Below are positions 24,093-35,915 of a stretch of 45,254 nucleotides of DNA, in pieces. Each line of letters begins with the position of its first letter. Position 1 is the first letter of the stretch. The stretch covers positions 166,156,028 through 166,201,281 of the forward strand of contig NC_068983.1 of NCBI RefSeq assembly GCF_001194135.2, in the 5' to 3' direction. The notes under the pieces are model-generated. The model was given only the letters and a program-made list of their open reading frames with translations, made no database searches and had not been told where the DNA came from. This DNA is from Octopus bimaculoides (Eukaryota). A program made the translations under genes and the position numbers.

Positions 24093-24760
24093 CTTTATAC
24101 TATAGGCACAAGGCCTGAAATTTGCGGTAGGGGACTAGTTGATTACGTTGACCCCAGTGTTTTACTGGTACTTAATTTGTCGACCCCGAAAGGATCAAAG
24201 GCGAAGTTGACCTTGGTAGAATTTGAACAGTGGCAGACGAAATAGCGCTAAGCATTTTGCCTGTTCACAATTCTGCCAGCTTACTGCTTTATTCACAAAT
24301 AATATCAAAGTAAATAATAATAATTCTTTCTACTGTAGGCACAAAGCCTGAAGTTTGGAGGGAGGGAACAGGTTGATTACATCGACCCCAGTGTGTAACT
24401 GGTGCTTAATTTATCGACCCTGAAAGGATGAAAGGCAAAGTCAACCTCAACAGAATTAGAACTCAGAATGCAGCATCAGACAAAATACCACTAAGCATTT
24501 TGCCCGCCATGCTAACAATTCTGCCAGTTCACCACCTTAAAAGTGAATGGTTTCAAATTTTCCACAAGGTCAGCAATTTTGGGGGAGGAGATGAGTCAAT
24601 TACATCGACCCCAGTGTTCAACTGGTACTTATTTTATCAACCCCAAAAGGATGAAAGGTAAAGTTGTCCTTGGCGGAATTTGAAATCAGAACACAGCGCG
24701 GGACAAAATATCACTAAGTATTTCATCCAGCATACTCATGATTCTGCTAGCTAGACACCT
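24093..24760 (-). mobile_element. three head-to-tail SINE family A copies (about 24093-24288, 24325-24540, 24548-24760)
   Basis: Three successive gaccccagtg...actggt...gaaaggat.aaagg.aaagt...gaattt/agaac blocks. Confidence 0.85.
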
Positions 24761-24811
24761 TATTCACAAAGAATATCTAAGTGAATAATAATAATAATAA
24801 TAATAATAATG

Positions 24812-24845
<34 letters not shown>

Positions 24846-24880
24846 ACTTATTGTATACAGTGCTCAGGTGCACTACAATT

Positions 24881-24961
24881 CATCAGAAAAAGTAACCAAA
24901 ATTGCATGAACAGTGCACAGAATATGCAATGTTCATGCAGTTTTGGTTACTTTTTCTGATG
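24881..24961. repeat. inverted repeat, 32-bp arms (31/32 complementary)
   Basis: catcagaaaaagtaaccaaaattgcatgaaca (24881-24912) and tgttcatgcagttttggttactttttctgatg (24930-24961). Confidence 0.97.
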
Positions 24962-25005
24962 TAAACTTCTTAAGAATTTTCTAGTTTTATCCTTATTACT
25001 ATTAT

Positions 25006-25548
25006 TGAGTGAGAGAGCAACACACCATCATCAAAGTGATATTGGGGTACAAATATATGAAGCCCAGTATACCCATCATGACTACCCTTCTGATAAGGGT
25101 ACACTAAGCACATGCATCACAACCACGTGTGCAACATAGTGACCTCATATCAATATAAACAGCACATGACCTTGCAGTTGGGGTCTGATTAGAGTTTCCT
25201 CCAGGTTGAGTAGCCCATCCCACCCAAAAGGTCCCTGAATAAGGATTATTTAAGGATGATGATCAAAACACCCATTTTTCCAGGGGTCAATTATCCAAAC
25301 TCCAAAGAATCCCTCTCAAAACATCGCTATGATGCTCCCTCACAGAGATGATCATATCATAACATCAGTCACTAGGGGACATGCTCAACTGGTTAAGGTC
25401 AAGCAACTGACAAACGAAACTGTGGTATTGAGCAGAATATTTGCTGCAGCCCATCTTTTACACCAAGACAAAACATGTACAGGATAACATTTCCAATCAA
25501 TTAAGATCAGAAGCCAAGAGAGCCACTGCCTGGGACTGCATCCGGGCA
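25006..25548. mobile_element. unclassified ~540-bp interspersed repeat between (ATT)n tracts
   Basis: GC-richer block with sharp (TTA)n borders on both sides. I recall this sequence as abundant in Octopus DNA, but there is no second copy in the window. Confidence 0.45.
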
Positions 25549-25859
25549 TATTATTATCATTATTATTGATATTATGATTAATATTATTTTGGTTGAGTTT
25601 TCTGGTAATCCTTCCCATTAAGATTATTTATAACAAGCAATTTGTATCAAGTTTATAGAAGTGTGTCAGGAGGATTCTTATATTACAGAGTGCCTCAGTT
25701 TTTATTTTAACCAGACCCCTACCCAGCCTCCTATCAATGAGCTATTACATCAAGTTATATATTTATGAAAATCACCAATAAGATGGAATAATCCTGTCAA
25801 ATGGTCCCTAAAGCTGATCCATCTACTTAAAAAACTAAAGATCGACAAAATTAACAATC

Positions 25860-26330
25860 TTTTGTGTTTCAGTCATGCAGCCATGCTGGGGCACCACTTT
25901 GAAGAATTTGGGTTGAACAAAGCGACCCCAGGACTTATTCTTTTTTTTTTTTGTAAAGCCTGGTATTTATTCTATTGGTTTCTTTTGCTGAATCACTAAT
26001 AGGGATATAAACATACCAACACCAGTGGTCAAATGGTGATGGGGACGCAAACACAGACACATATATCATCATCATCATTTAATGTCCGCTTTTCATGCTG
26101 GCATGGGTTGGATGGTTTGACAGGAGTTGGTCAGCTCTCCAGTTGCCCAGGCTCTATGTGTGTTTTGGCATAGTTTCTATGGCTGGATGCCCTTCCTAAT
26201 GTCAATCCACTCACAAGGCTCTGATTGGCCTGAGACTGTAGAAGACACTGGCCCAAGGTGTCACACAGTGGGACTGAACCCAGAACCATGTGGTTTGAGA
26301 AACAAACTTGGTATCACACGAACATTTTGA
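25860..26330 (-). mobile_element. SINE family B1 carrying an RTE-tail segment (about 26064-26205)
   Basis: B1 tail (tgtttcagtcatgcagccatgctggggcacc), then catcatcatttaatgtccgc...ggatgcccttcctaatgtc, then B head (aatccactcacaaggc...gggactgaaccc). Confidence 0.7.
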
Positions 26331-27146
26331 AACAGCATTTGAAATCATTAAACAGCATTGTTTTGACTCATCTATGCTGATTTCTGTAAATAATTACTGA
26401 GAGATAATATGGCAATGTTGCAAAAAGTCACACTAAAGGAGGAGGCCATTTCAGTCAATATGGAGAAAGGGCTTTGTTTAGCTCTCAGTGTAAATTTCAG
26501 GTTAAAGTTATTCTAGGAAGTGTAATTACTTGTTGTGGGCAGCAAGAAACAATGGTTCCCAGAGAAAGAGTAAAAGATAAGGTTACTACTGTCATTGATA
26601 CCAAAGATATTATTTCCTGAAGCAATACACACACAAAGTTACATTGTATGTCAAAGGAAGGGAGTAGTTTTCTGGGTCAGGGGATAACAAAAACAACAAC
26701 AAAAGCAAAACAAAGAAAACGCCAATGAGGATTAGATATTTGGAATCTTACTGTCAACAATGTTTCTATGCAAGGAATCTAGACAGAAAATCTAAACTGT
26801 ATTAAAAAAAGCTATCAACATATAATACAAAGAAAGTTATGACTGTAGAAGAAATAAAGAACACAGCAGATAAAAACCTCTGATATTTACACAGCCATTT
26901 GCATGATGCTAGTGTAGTTAAGCAGGTGGTAACAAGGTTTTCTTGGAGCTTTTTTAGTGTTCTTTTCCAGTTACCAGCATATCTTGAACTAGCACACTCT
27001 GTATTTTTTTGTTGAGATGTTTACTAGGAATGGTAAATTTTGGAGTTTTATTCATTCATTCTTTTTTAGCTACATCTTGTACACAATGCCCTGCTAAATC
27101 AGACAACACTACCTACTCTGCTTATACAAATTCAAAGAAAATAAAG

Positions 27147-27189
<43 letters not shown>

Positions 27190-27394
27190 TTTGCATATTA
27201 TATTCTTCAATATTTCTAAAAGGTCATGGTGAAAAACTATCCTAGTTTAGAACTGAATTAACCATCATTTCATTTTGTTCTACTCAAATTGATCAGCATT
27301 CTTCCTGGTACAGACCCATGATATCGTTCCAAAATCAGAGACATGTTCCCAAAAAGCAATGGACAATATTTCCTTTGGCAGTATATCTCATCAA

Positions 27395-27755
27395 CATTAT
27401 CACTGTTTTGATGCCAACTTTTCTATGCTTGCAATGGTCTGACAGCTTTCTACAGCTGGATGCCCTTCCTGTCACCAATTCTCAAATGTTTCCAAATGAG
27501 GTAATATCTACCCTGGATCGGACATGTTTGTCATGGAAGACTGGAAACAAACAATATAACTTGTATGACTTGTTTACAACCATGTGATATCAAGACAAAG
27601 GGACACACCAACACATATAGGATGGGCTTATTCTACAGTTCCCATCTTCCAAATTGGTCAGCCTAGAGCTGTGGTAGAAGACACCCAAAGTGCCTTAGAT
27701 TGAACCCAAAACCATATGGTTGGGAAGGAAGATTCTTAACCACACAGACATGCCT
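27395..27755 (-). mobile_element. SINE family B2
   Basis: tttctacagctggatgcccttcctgtcacc...ggaagactggaaac...tcaagacaa...gtagaagacac...cttaaccacacagacatgcc. Confidence 0.7.
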
Positions 27756-28256
27756 TAAATTATCAATGCAAAATATCTTAATCATTGCAAATCAAAAAAT
27801 TCCATTCAAATCAGTTATGTTAAACCAAAGATGGCAATTCTGTCCATTAATCAGTATAAAATTAACTGCTGAATCATTATCCAAAAACAAAAGAGATATA
27901 TTAGCATTGCTCATACAGTTAGTCTCCTGCTAAAAGCTTAGCATCCAGATACATATTTCTACACAAAGGCATCGCCTCTGATGTGAATATTAGCAATGGC
28001 ATTAAAAACAAAAACAAAAAAAAAACAGTAGGGGAGTAGGAATCACAATAAATATAATATTTTTCTAAATATCTCAGCCCATTATCAGGACTCATTTTCC
28101 ACATGTATCAAAAGCAATATTCAATAAGGGACCAAATGCTTTTTGTTCATTGATTGTCACTAGACTGAAGAAAAAAAAGGCCTTCTAAACTATTCATTAC
28201 AAGGGAAGTAAGATATATAAATTAATTAATTAATATAGATGATGATGATGATGATG

Positions 28257-28324
<68 letters not shown>

Positions 28325-28801
28325 GAAAAACTGATCAAAGGCTTATAAAGCAACAAGAAATATTCAATATCTGAAATTTGATTTTGTTGTTTGTTTCAGT
28401 TAGTTAATAACAACTTAATTTCTTTTCATGTTGTTTGTGGTAACATAAATATATTTCTAAATCAATTTCTCTGCAATTCACACACACACACACATTTATG
28501 TAGCTGCGTAGATTTACTAAGTACTATAAAACATTATATGAGTAGAAAACCCCAAAAAATAATGGCTTGTATTATAGTTACAAGAGTATTGTGTGTGTGT
28601 GCACGTGTACACACACACTCAATTAGTATAGAAAGACAACAGGGTTTTATCCAGAGAGGTCAAACAGCTTACAACTGGCATTTAAACCATCTTACACAAA
28701 TATATTTATTGCATGTCCCTGCGCAGAGTGAAATCAAATGTTACGATTAAAAATATTTGCAAGTTCAATTCTAACCTAAGAGTGAGTACGTACACATGTA
28801 C

Positions 28802-28804
<3 letters not shown>

Positions 28805-28878
<74 letters not shown>
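28805..28878. repeat. (GA)n microsatellite
   Basis: Direct reading. Others at 1599-1623, 1829-1862, 12171-12236, 17985-18020 and 22813-22869. Confidence 0.97.
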
Positions 28879-28882
<4 letters not shown>

Positions 28883-29055
28883 TATGAAGTTCAAAGACAG
28901 GGAATACAGCAATTGAAATACAGTGTAGCTGGAACACACTAGATGAGGTTAATAATACAATTAATGCATTATACTATTCAAGGAAAATAAGCTCATTTTA
29001 CATCCCTCTTCAAATTTACAACTACATAATTGTATTAAAATATATTATTACAAAA

Positions 29056-30210
29056 TACCTAGATGACCAAGTCAGTAGTGGGGGTGGGTGTACTGAAAGT
29101 GTAGCTGCTAGAATAAGAATAGCCTGGGCAAAGTTCAGAGAGCTCTAACCTCTGCTGGTGACAAAGGGCCTCTTGCTCAGAGTAAAAGGTAGACTGTATG
29201 ATGCATGTGTACGAACAGCCATGCTACATGGCAGTGAAACATGGGCCGTGACTGCTGAGGACATGCGTAAGCTCGCAAGGAATGAAGCCAGTATGCTCTG
29301 CTGGATGTGTAATGTCAGTGTGCATACTCGACAGAGTGTAAGTACCTTGAGGGAAAAGTTGGACCTAAGAAGCATCAGATGTGGTGTGCAAGAGAGACGA
29401 TTGTGCTAGTTTGGGCATGTGGCAAGAATGGATGAGGATAGCTGTGTGAAAAAGTGCCACACCCTAGCGGTTGAGGGAGCCCGTGGAAGAGGCAGGCCTA
29501 GGAAGACCTGGGATGAGGTAGTGAAGCAGAACCTTCGAACATTAGGCCTCACTGAGGCAATGACTAGTGACTGAGACCTTTGGTAATGGGCTGTGCGTGA
29601 GAAGACCCGGCAAGCCAAGTGAGACCATAACCCGTGGCCTATGCCAGGGGCGTAACCAGCCCACTTATGTGTACCTTTCCTTCATTGGACACTAAACTCT
29701 GCTTTCAAAGACCTGTAGAGGCAAGTGAAATTGAAATCAAATTCGATGACTGGCATCCATGCTAGTGGAGCGCTAAGAGCACCATCCAAGCGTGATCGTG
29801 GCCAGAGCAGCTGACTGGCTTCCATGCCAGTGGCACGTAAAAAGCACCATTTGAGTGTGATCGTTACTAGCGTTGCCTTACTGGCACTTGTACCGGTGGC
29901 ACATGAAAAAAATATTCGAGCAAGGTCGTTGCCAGTGTCGCTGGATTGGCACCTGTGCAGGTGGCACATGACAAACACCATTTGAGCGTGGCAGTTGCCA
30001 GTACCGCCTGACTGGCCCTTGTGCCGGTAGCATGTAAAAGCACCCACTACACTCTCTGAGTGGTTGGCGTTAGGAAGGGCATCCAGCTGTAGAAACTCTA
30101 CCAGATAGGATTGGAACCTGGTGCAGCCATCTGGTTTGCCAGTCCTCAGTCAAATCGTCCAACCCATGCCAGCATGGAAAGCGGACGTTAAACAATGATG
30201 ATGATGATGA
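29056..30210 (+). mobile_element. 5'-truncated RTE-clade LINE: ORF C-terminus (29056-29622, four in-frame stops) plus 3' UTR and (GAT)n tail
   Basis: YLDDQVSSGGGC...AWAKFREL*PLL...LHGSETWAV...RRLC*FGHVARMDE...GRGRPRKTW...EKTRQAK*. These motifs are typical of the RTE post-RT region. Confidence 0.93.
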
Positions 30211-30289
30211 TATATATTTAAATAATATAGTATGATATTTTTAAATAATAAAATAATAAATGAAATGAGGACTACATGATAGTGAATAC

Positions 30290-31610
30290 ATGTCCTCTGA
30301 ATACAGAGGACATGTGAAAAGTAGAGAGGAAAGAAACTAGGATGCTCCATTGGATGTGCAATGTCAGTGTGCATGTACGACAAGGTGCTAATGAATGGAG
30401 AGGAAACAGATGTAAGAGAGAAAACTGTGCTGGTTTGGTCATGTGATGCATAGGGATAAGGAGGGTTGCATAAAGAGGATGGGACTTGTGGAAGACATGG
30501 GACAAAGTACTGAAGGCTGGTCTTATGATGCTGAACCTTACAGAAGAGACAGTAAAGGACCAAGATGATTGGTGTTTTGCAGTGCTTGAGAATAGCAAAA
30601 ATAATATCCTAAAACTACTTTGTTATGCCTGTCTGTGCTGGGCCCTGTCCTTCCATTCTCTCTGGCACATCAAGCATCATCGCCCAACTTTCACCTCCTA
30701 ACACCTATCATTCTCCTCCATCTATGGTACTACTCGGCTGCTGTAATCACCTGAGAACAGAATCAGCACATAATACATCCCCTCCCTTCCAGCCTCCTTC
30801 TGCCCCTCTGGAACCACTTCCATTCCATTCATAGCATCCCTGCCCACACTGTTTTGACCAATAAACCCTCTTTCTGTGCTTTCAGCCATTGCTCTCCTGC
30901 CCCTTCTCTCTCCTACTCCATCCTAAACACTCCTCTTATCTGCTATCATTCTCAATATCCACGCCTATCTATCACCCTGACCCACCCACCTATTATAGCC
31001 CCTTATGTATCCGTATAACTCCCCCTCCACTACTCCGACACCTTGCACATACTCACTGTTGTATTCTCCTTCCTGAGCCACTTCTATATTTCCTACCTAG
31101 ATTTTCCCCCCATCAACCACACCCCTACCCTTCACTACATTAACCTCTGCCCCCACCTACTTACTTCCCACTCACCCTCTCCTTCCCTCCCATGACCCAC
31201 TGTCCATAGCCTCCCTTCTGCTCACCCTCAGGCACTCCATCGCTGCCTTCCCTTTATCTCCTTCAGCCAAGTTTCTCCTCTCTAGCAAGACATCATACCT
31301 GAGTCTTTGAACACCTGGTGCAAAGCCATCCACTTCTACCTTCCCTTCTTAAATACTCCCCTCTTAGCAGCGAGAGCTTTTTCCTTTTCCTTTTCTCTTT
31401 TCTTGTCTTGCAGGTTACACACAACTTCACTCGTACCAGTGGCATGAAAGCAAAAAGCATCCAGTACACACTTCCAACGGATTGGCATTAGGAAGGGCGT
31501 CCGATCATGTCATGGTTTACATTGGAGCTCAATGTGGCATTGTGGCTTGCTAGATTTTATCAAACTGCCCAAACCATATCAGCATGGAAGATAAATGTGA
31601 AATGTTGATG
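30290..31610 (+). mobile_element. older RTE LINE 3' fragment with long pyrimidine-rich 3' UTR
   Basis: ETRMLHWMCNVSVHVRQ and KTWDKVLKAGL..LNLTEE remnants, ~800-bp C/T tract, then a degenerate terminal module (ggcattaggaagggcgtcc...agcatggaag). Confidence 0.75.
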
Positions 31611-31709
31611 AGAGTATGGTTAAATCTCTCAGATTCACTTTCTTGGCCATGAACTTTATGGGAAGTTTCTCTGTCAAAACCCAGTAATATAATTAAGTTA
31701 TATTATTAT

Positions 31710-32135
31710 TTCTGATTTGGGCACAAGGTCAGTGCACTTGCGGGGGGGGGGGCTTGTCAGTTCCATTGACCTCAATACATGACTGGTATTTTATTTTATA
31801 AACCATGAAAGGAGGAACAGCAAAGTTGACTTCAGTGAGATTTGAACTCAGAACATAAAGAGCTTCTCTGAAGACATTCTGCTGTTCTACTCACCCTATA
31901 ATTCCTTACCATTACAAACCAGTTTTTCCCATACTCTACTGATTTCTGTCAGCTCACAGTTGAAGAACATAAGAATATATTTACAAATAATAATAATAAT
32001 AATCCTTTCTATTATAGGCACAAGGCCTGACATTTTAGGGGAGGGGCTAGTTGATTACATTGACACCAGTACTTAGCAGGTACTTATTCCAAAAGGATGA
32101 AAGGCAAAGTCAACCTTGGTTGCATTTGAACTCAA
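31710..32135 (-). mobile_element. two SINE family A copies (about 31710-31870 and 32000-32135)
   Basis: ggcacaagg...gactggtatt...aaagttgac...tttgaactcagaac, and a second ggcacaaggcctga...aaaggatgaaaggcaaagtcaacc...tttgaactca. Confidence 0.7.
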
Positions 32136-33012
32136 ACTAACAACAATAACTGCTCTATAATGTGTGTTGCTAAACAGATATTTAAAAAAAAACTGTATTA
32201 CAAGTAAGAATAAATTAATAGAGAGTTGAAGAATATGCTTCAAAGTGCTAGGTGAACCAATATTTCATTATAGAAGGAAACTAATTAAATTGTAATTATA
32301 CAGCAGAGTATTAAATATTTTTCCTGTTGGCTTTTGAAATTAGTCTTTGAAATTTAGTACATTAAAAACATTAACAACTAAAATACTATTTTCATGTGGA
32401 ATGAAAAGAAGCTCCAAGCAGTACCCACGGAAATATGCATGGCCCATTTTATGGCACAGTGTCTGCTATAAATATTCCCTCCCGCCCACAGCAATAATAT
32501 CATGTCATTTACTTGATAATCCTTTGGCTAGGAAACCTAGTCTCTTCAGTTTCGTTTCCTCTTCCAGCCTGACACAAAGTATCCTTGTCTGTTATCATCT
32601 CGCTCATAATTTGCCTTCTTTCTTGATTAACGATCCTCATTCTTTCTCTAATTGCCTTAGCTTCACTGTTAATCACCTGACACCACCTAGCTCTGTTTCT
32701 TGTATTAATTTCATTCCTTTCCTCCTGGATTAATGCTTCGTATCGTTTCCCCGATTCTCCTCTCTTCAGTCCATATTCCTTCTCTTTGTTCTTTCCTCAA
32801 TCCTTCCCTGCCTCTTTTCATTCAATTCCCACTGTTGTCCTCTCCATCATTGTGGTTGCCATAAAACACCAAACTCAGTTTTGGTCATAAAATAATTTAA
32901 AAAGTACTCTGATGGTATATAGTCGATGTATACACACCCATATACAAATACTAATGGCATGCACACATATACATGTGCCCCCACTCTCTCATACAAACAA
33001 AGCTAATAGTCA

Positions 33013-33053
<41 letters not shown>

Positions 33054-35873
33054 ATGCCAACAGAATTTGTGTGTATACAAAATGCATGTGTCAGTAGCAC
33101 TCGTTTGAATATCTCTCTCTCTCTCACACACACACTTACACAATTTAACCATCCTCTTTCCAAACACTTTCCAAAGCATGACCTTTTTACACCACAGGAA
33201 CACATTGTTAGCACTCTAATAAAATAGGTATTTGAACTGAAACTATGGAGATCTATGATGATATTTTCCACAAATTTCTTACATGGTATTATCAAAATGT
33301 TAAAACATATTTTCTGCTGGAAGCAACAATTTCAAAACATACACACAAAGAATAAAGCTGACAGAGAAAACTCTGCACATGCAAGGCAGTATGGAACTGA
33401 TGATGATGGAAGTTTTAATGGTGGTGGCGGTGGTATAGTAGCAGTTATTGTAAAAACAACCCTCCTTTCACATAAAATGTTAATGGTGAACCAAACAAAT
33501 TTCAAGATTAAATGGCTTTCAAGAAAACAATGGTTAATAGACATTGTGTTAAAGGATGTCTCCCACACAATGACAATTAGAAAGTGGTCAGTTTTAGGAA
33601 TGGTATTTTAAAAAGCAAAAGGTTGTTAAAAATGAATTTCAGGCAACCTGTGTCTGTAGAAGCCAACGTTTTACTGAATCTTTCAATGTTAAGCAATAAA
33701 GTCATTAAAATGAAGTTAGACAAATGAAACACAGATAGGGTTCCATCACATAAGCAACAACAAGCATGACCCTCCTTCCCAATACCATTCTATGAGATTA
33801 TAGATATATATTATTACCAAGAAAATAAACTATATCAATTATAACAAATTGAATCGAAAGTGATGAATTTAGGAAATCAGAAAATAAGATGAAAACCCAA
33901 ATAAATAAAATACTGGACACTACTTTACCATCTCAAATTCTACACAGTGTCTTTTCTTCTTCATTTTCCCCTCCTTTTCTTAAGTCTTATCAAATGATGA
34001 ACAAAATACATATTGATAAAAATATCACTTTCATTTTATAGTGAAATGTAACTAATTTCTTATCTCAATGTTTCCATTTGCTTTAGATGGAAATACATCT
34101 TACATGCAAGTATCCACAAAATCATCAACTACAACTAACAGTAGAAGTGATTGTTGCTAGCTCAGCTGGCCAACCAATGGATGCAAGATAACGTTTCTTA
34201 TTTAGATTTTTTTTTTAAATACAAGATTATATGAAAACTGAGTTAAAGTGTCAAGACCTCATGATTTCTGATTATGATTCAGAAACATGCAGAAACATGC
34301 CTGGCTGAATATGATGGTTCAAACTGTTGATCTCTGTCTTCATTAAATTCTAACTAAAAGGGATTTTTTCTTTCCCCTTTTCTTTCTGTTTCTATCTTTC
34401 ACTAAACAGACATAATCTGTTACTAGAACATTCCAGACATGGCAAAACATTGAATTTCTAACAAGTAAACTCTTCATGAATGGTCCAAGGTGAAAGAGAG
34501 AGAAAGAGAACAAAACATGGCTTCTGTGGAGTCCCAGACCATCAGGTAGCTTCAAAATATTTGCCCAATTCTGCATTGATTACAATTTATTCAAAAATCC
34601 AAGAAGTGTATCCCGTTTGTTTGTTTTATTGTTCTGTTTGGTGCTGACATCACCTCTACTTAGAGTGGTCTATGATACTCATGACAATGTATCAACATCC
34701 CCCCAATTTCTGCTGTAACAGGCAACAGATGAGACATTAAGTAGGTGCAAGAGGTTATTATATGCTTTATAAAAGTATTTTCAAGCAACTGAATGAAACA
34801 AATAGATGGATGTACAGTCAGTTATTAATTGTTAGTGTTTGTTTTTTTTTAAACACAAAAATATTACATGGGAATAATTTGCAGCACTGCTTACAATGGG
34901 AAATAAGGATAAAAGCTGAAATCAAACTGTTAATTGATTAATTTTACATGAAAATCTGAGCTGTTCATGATCAGATAGGAATTGCATTAGCATATTAATT
35001 GGCAAACCCCCACCCTCAACCCATTTTATCAAAAGACATTTACAAGCACCAGCTTGAACAAATATCTTGTGTAATTAAAGATGTTATTGAGAAGAAACAA
35101 ATTAGACAAAATTGACAGCATGTGAGACAATGTTTTTTAGTAAATTCTTTTGCCAGTTAGAAACAAACAAAAACAAACATGATAATAATGTTTTTCAGTT
35201 ATTATATAAAAAAAAACAGTAAAGGAACACAAATCACTGCAACAACACAATGTTAATCCACAGGAAAATTTCAAGCCAAAACTGCTACAACAGTAAAGAA
35301 GACAACAGAAACCATTCAGGGTGGGAATGGGGTGGAGAGGAATGCAATATTTAAAGATGAGGAAATTAAATTTCTATATTAACATTTTGGTTTCTTTTTC
35401 TATTAGTAAATTTTTAAAGTACATGATCGCTTTTTTTTTTTTAACAGATCTAAGAAAGATTTAAAGACATTGAATGAACTTTTGCTTTAATTTATGACAA
35501 GAGAATTTTATAATTTGCTATACATACATACATACATACATACATATGTATGTATATTGCTGTATTTTGAGAGGGTCAGTGTGCCAATAATAAACATACA
35601 CACACACTGGTTGTATTTTACTTCTTTATTTTCATTTGTCACTAGGTTACCTGTTTAACCAATTAACTGTTCAACTGTTTGATTAATTATTCAGTCAATT
35701 AATCAATCAATCAGCTAGATTTTATTCCTTTCATCAACATTTACAACCCCATCAATGACATGCCCTCCCTGCTTTAGGTAATCTGTGTATCTCTCCTAGT
35801 TTACAGGAACTATATTTATACAGATGTGACAGAGATTGTATGTGAGAGACTGTGTGTGTATGTGTGCATGTGT

Positions 35874-35915
<42 letters not shown>

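Noticed and set aside
28591-28618. Short (GT)n/(AC)n fold-back palindromes (also 21225-21243 and 35520-35555)
   Set aside because: Ordinary by-products of microsatellite turnover in this genome.
29749-30043. CRISPR-like array
   Set aside because: The whole unit repeats, with no unique spacers and no cas genes. It sits in a eukaryotic LINE 3' UTR.
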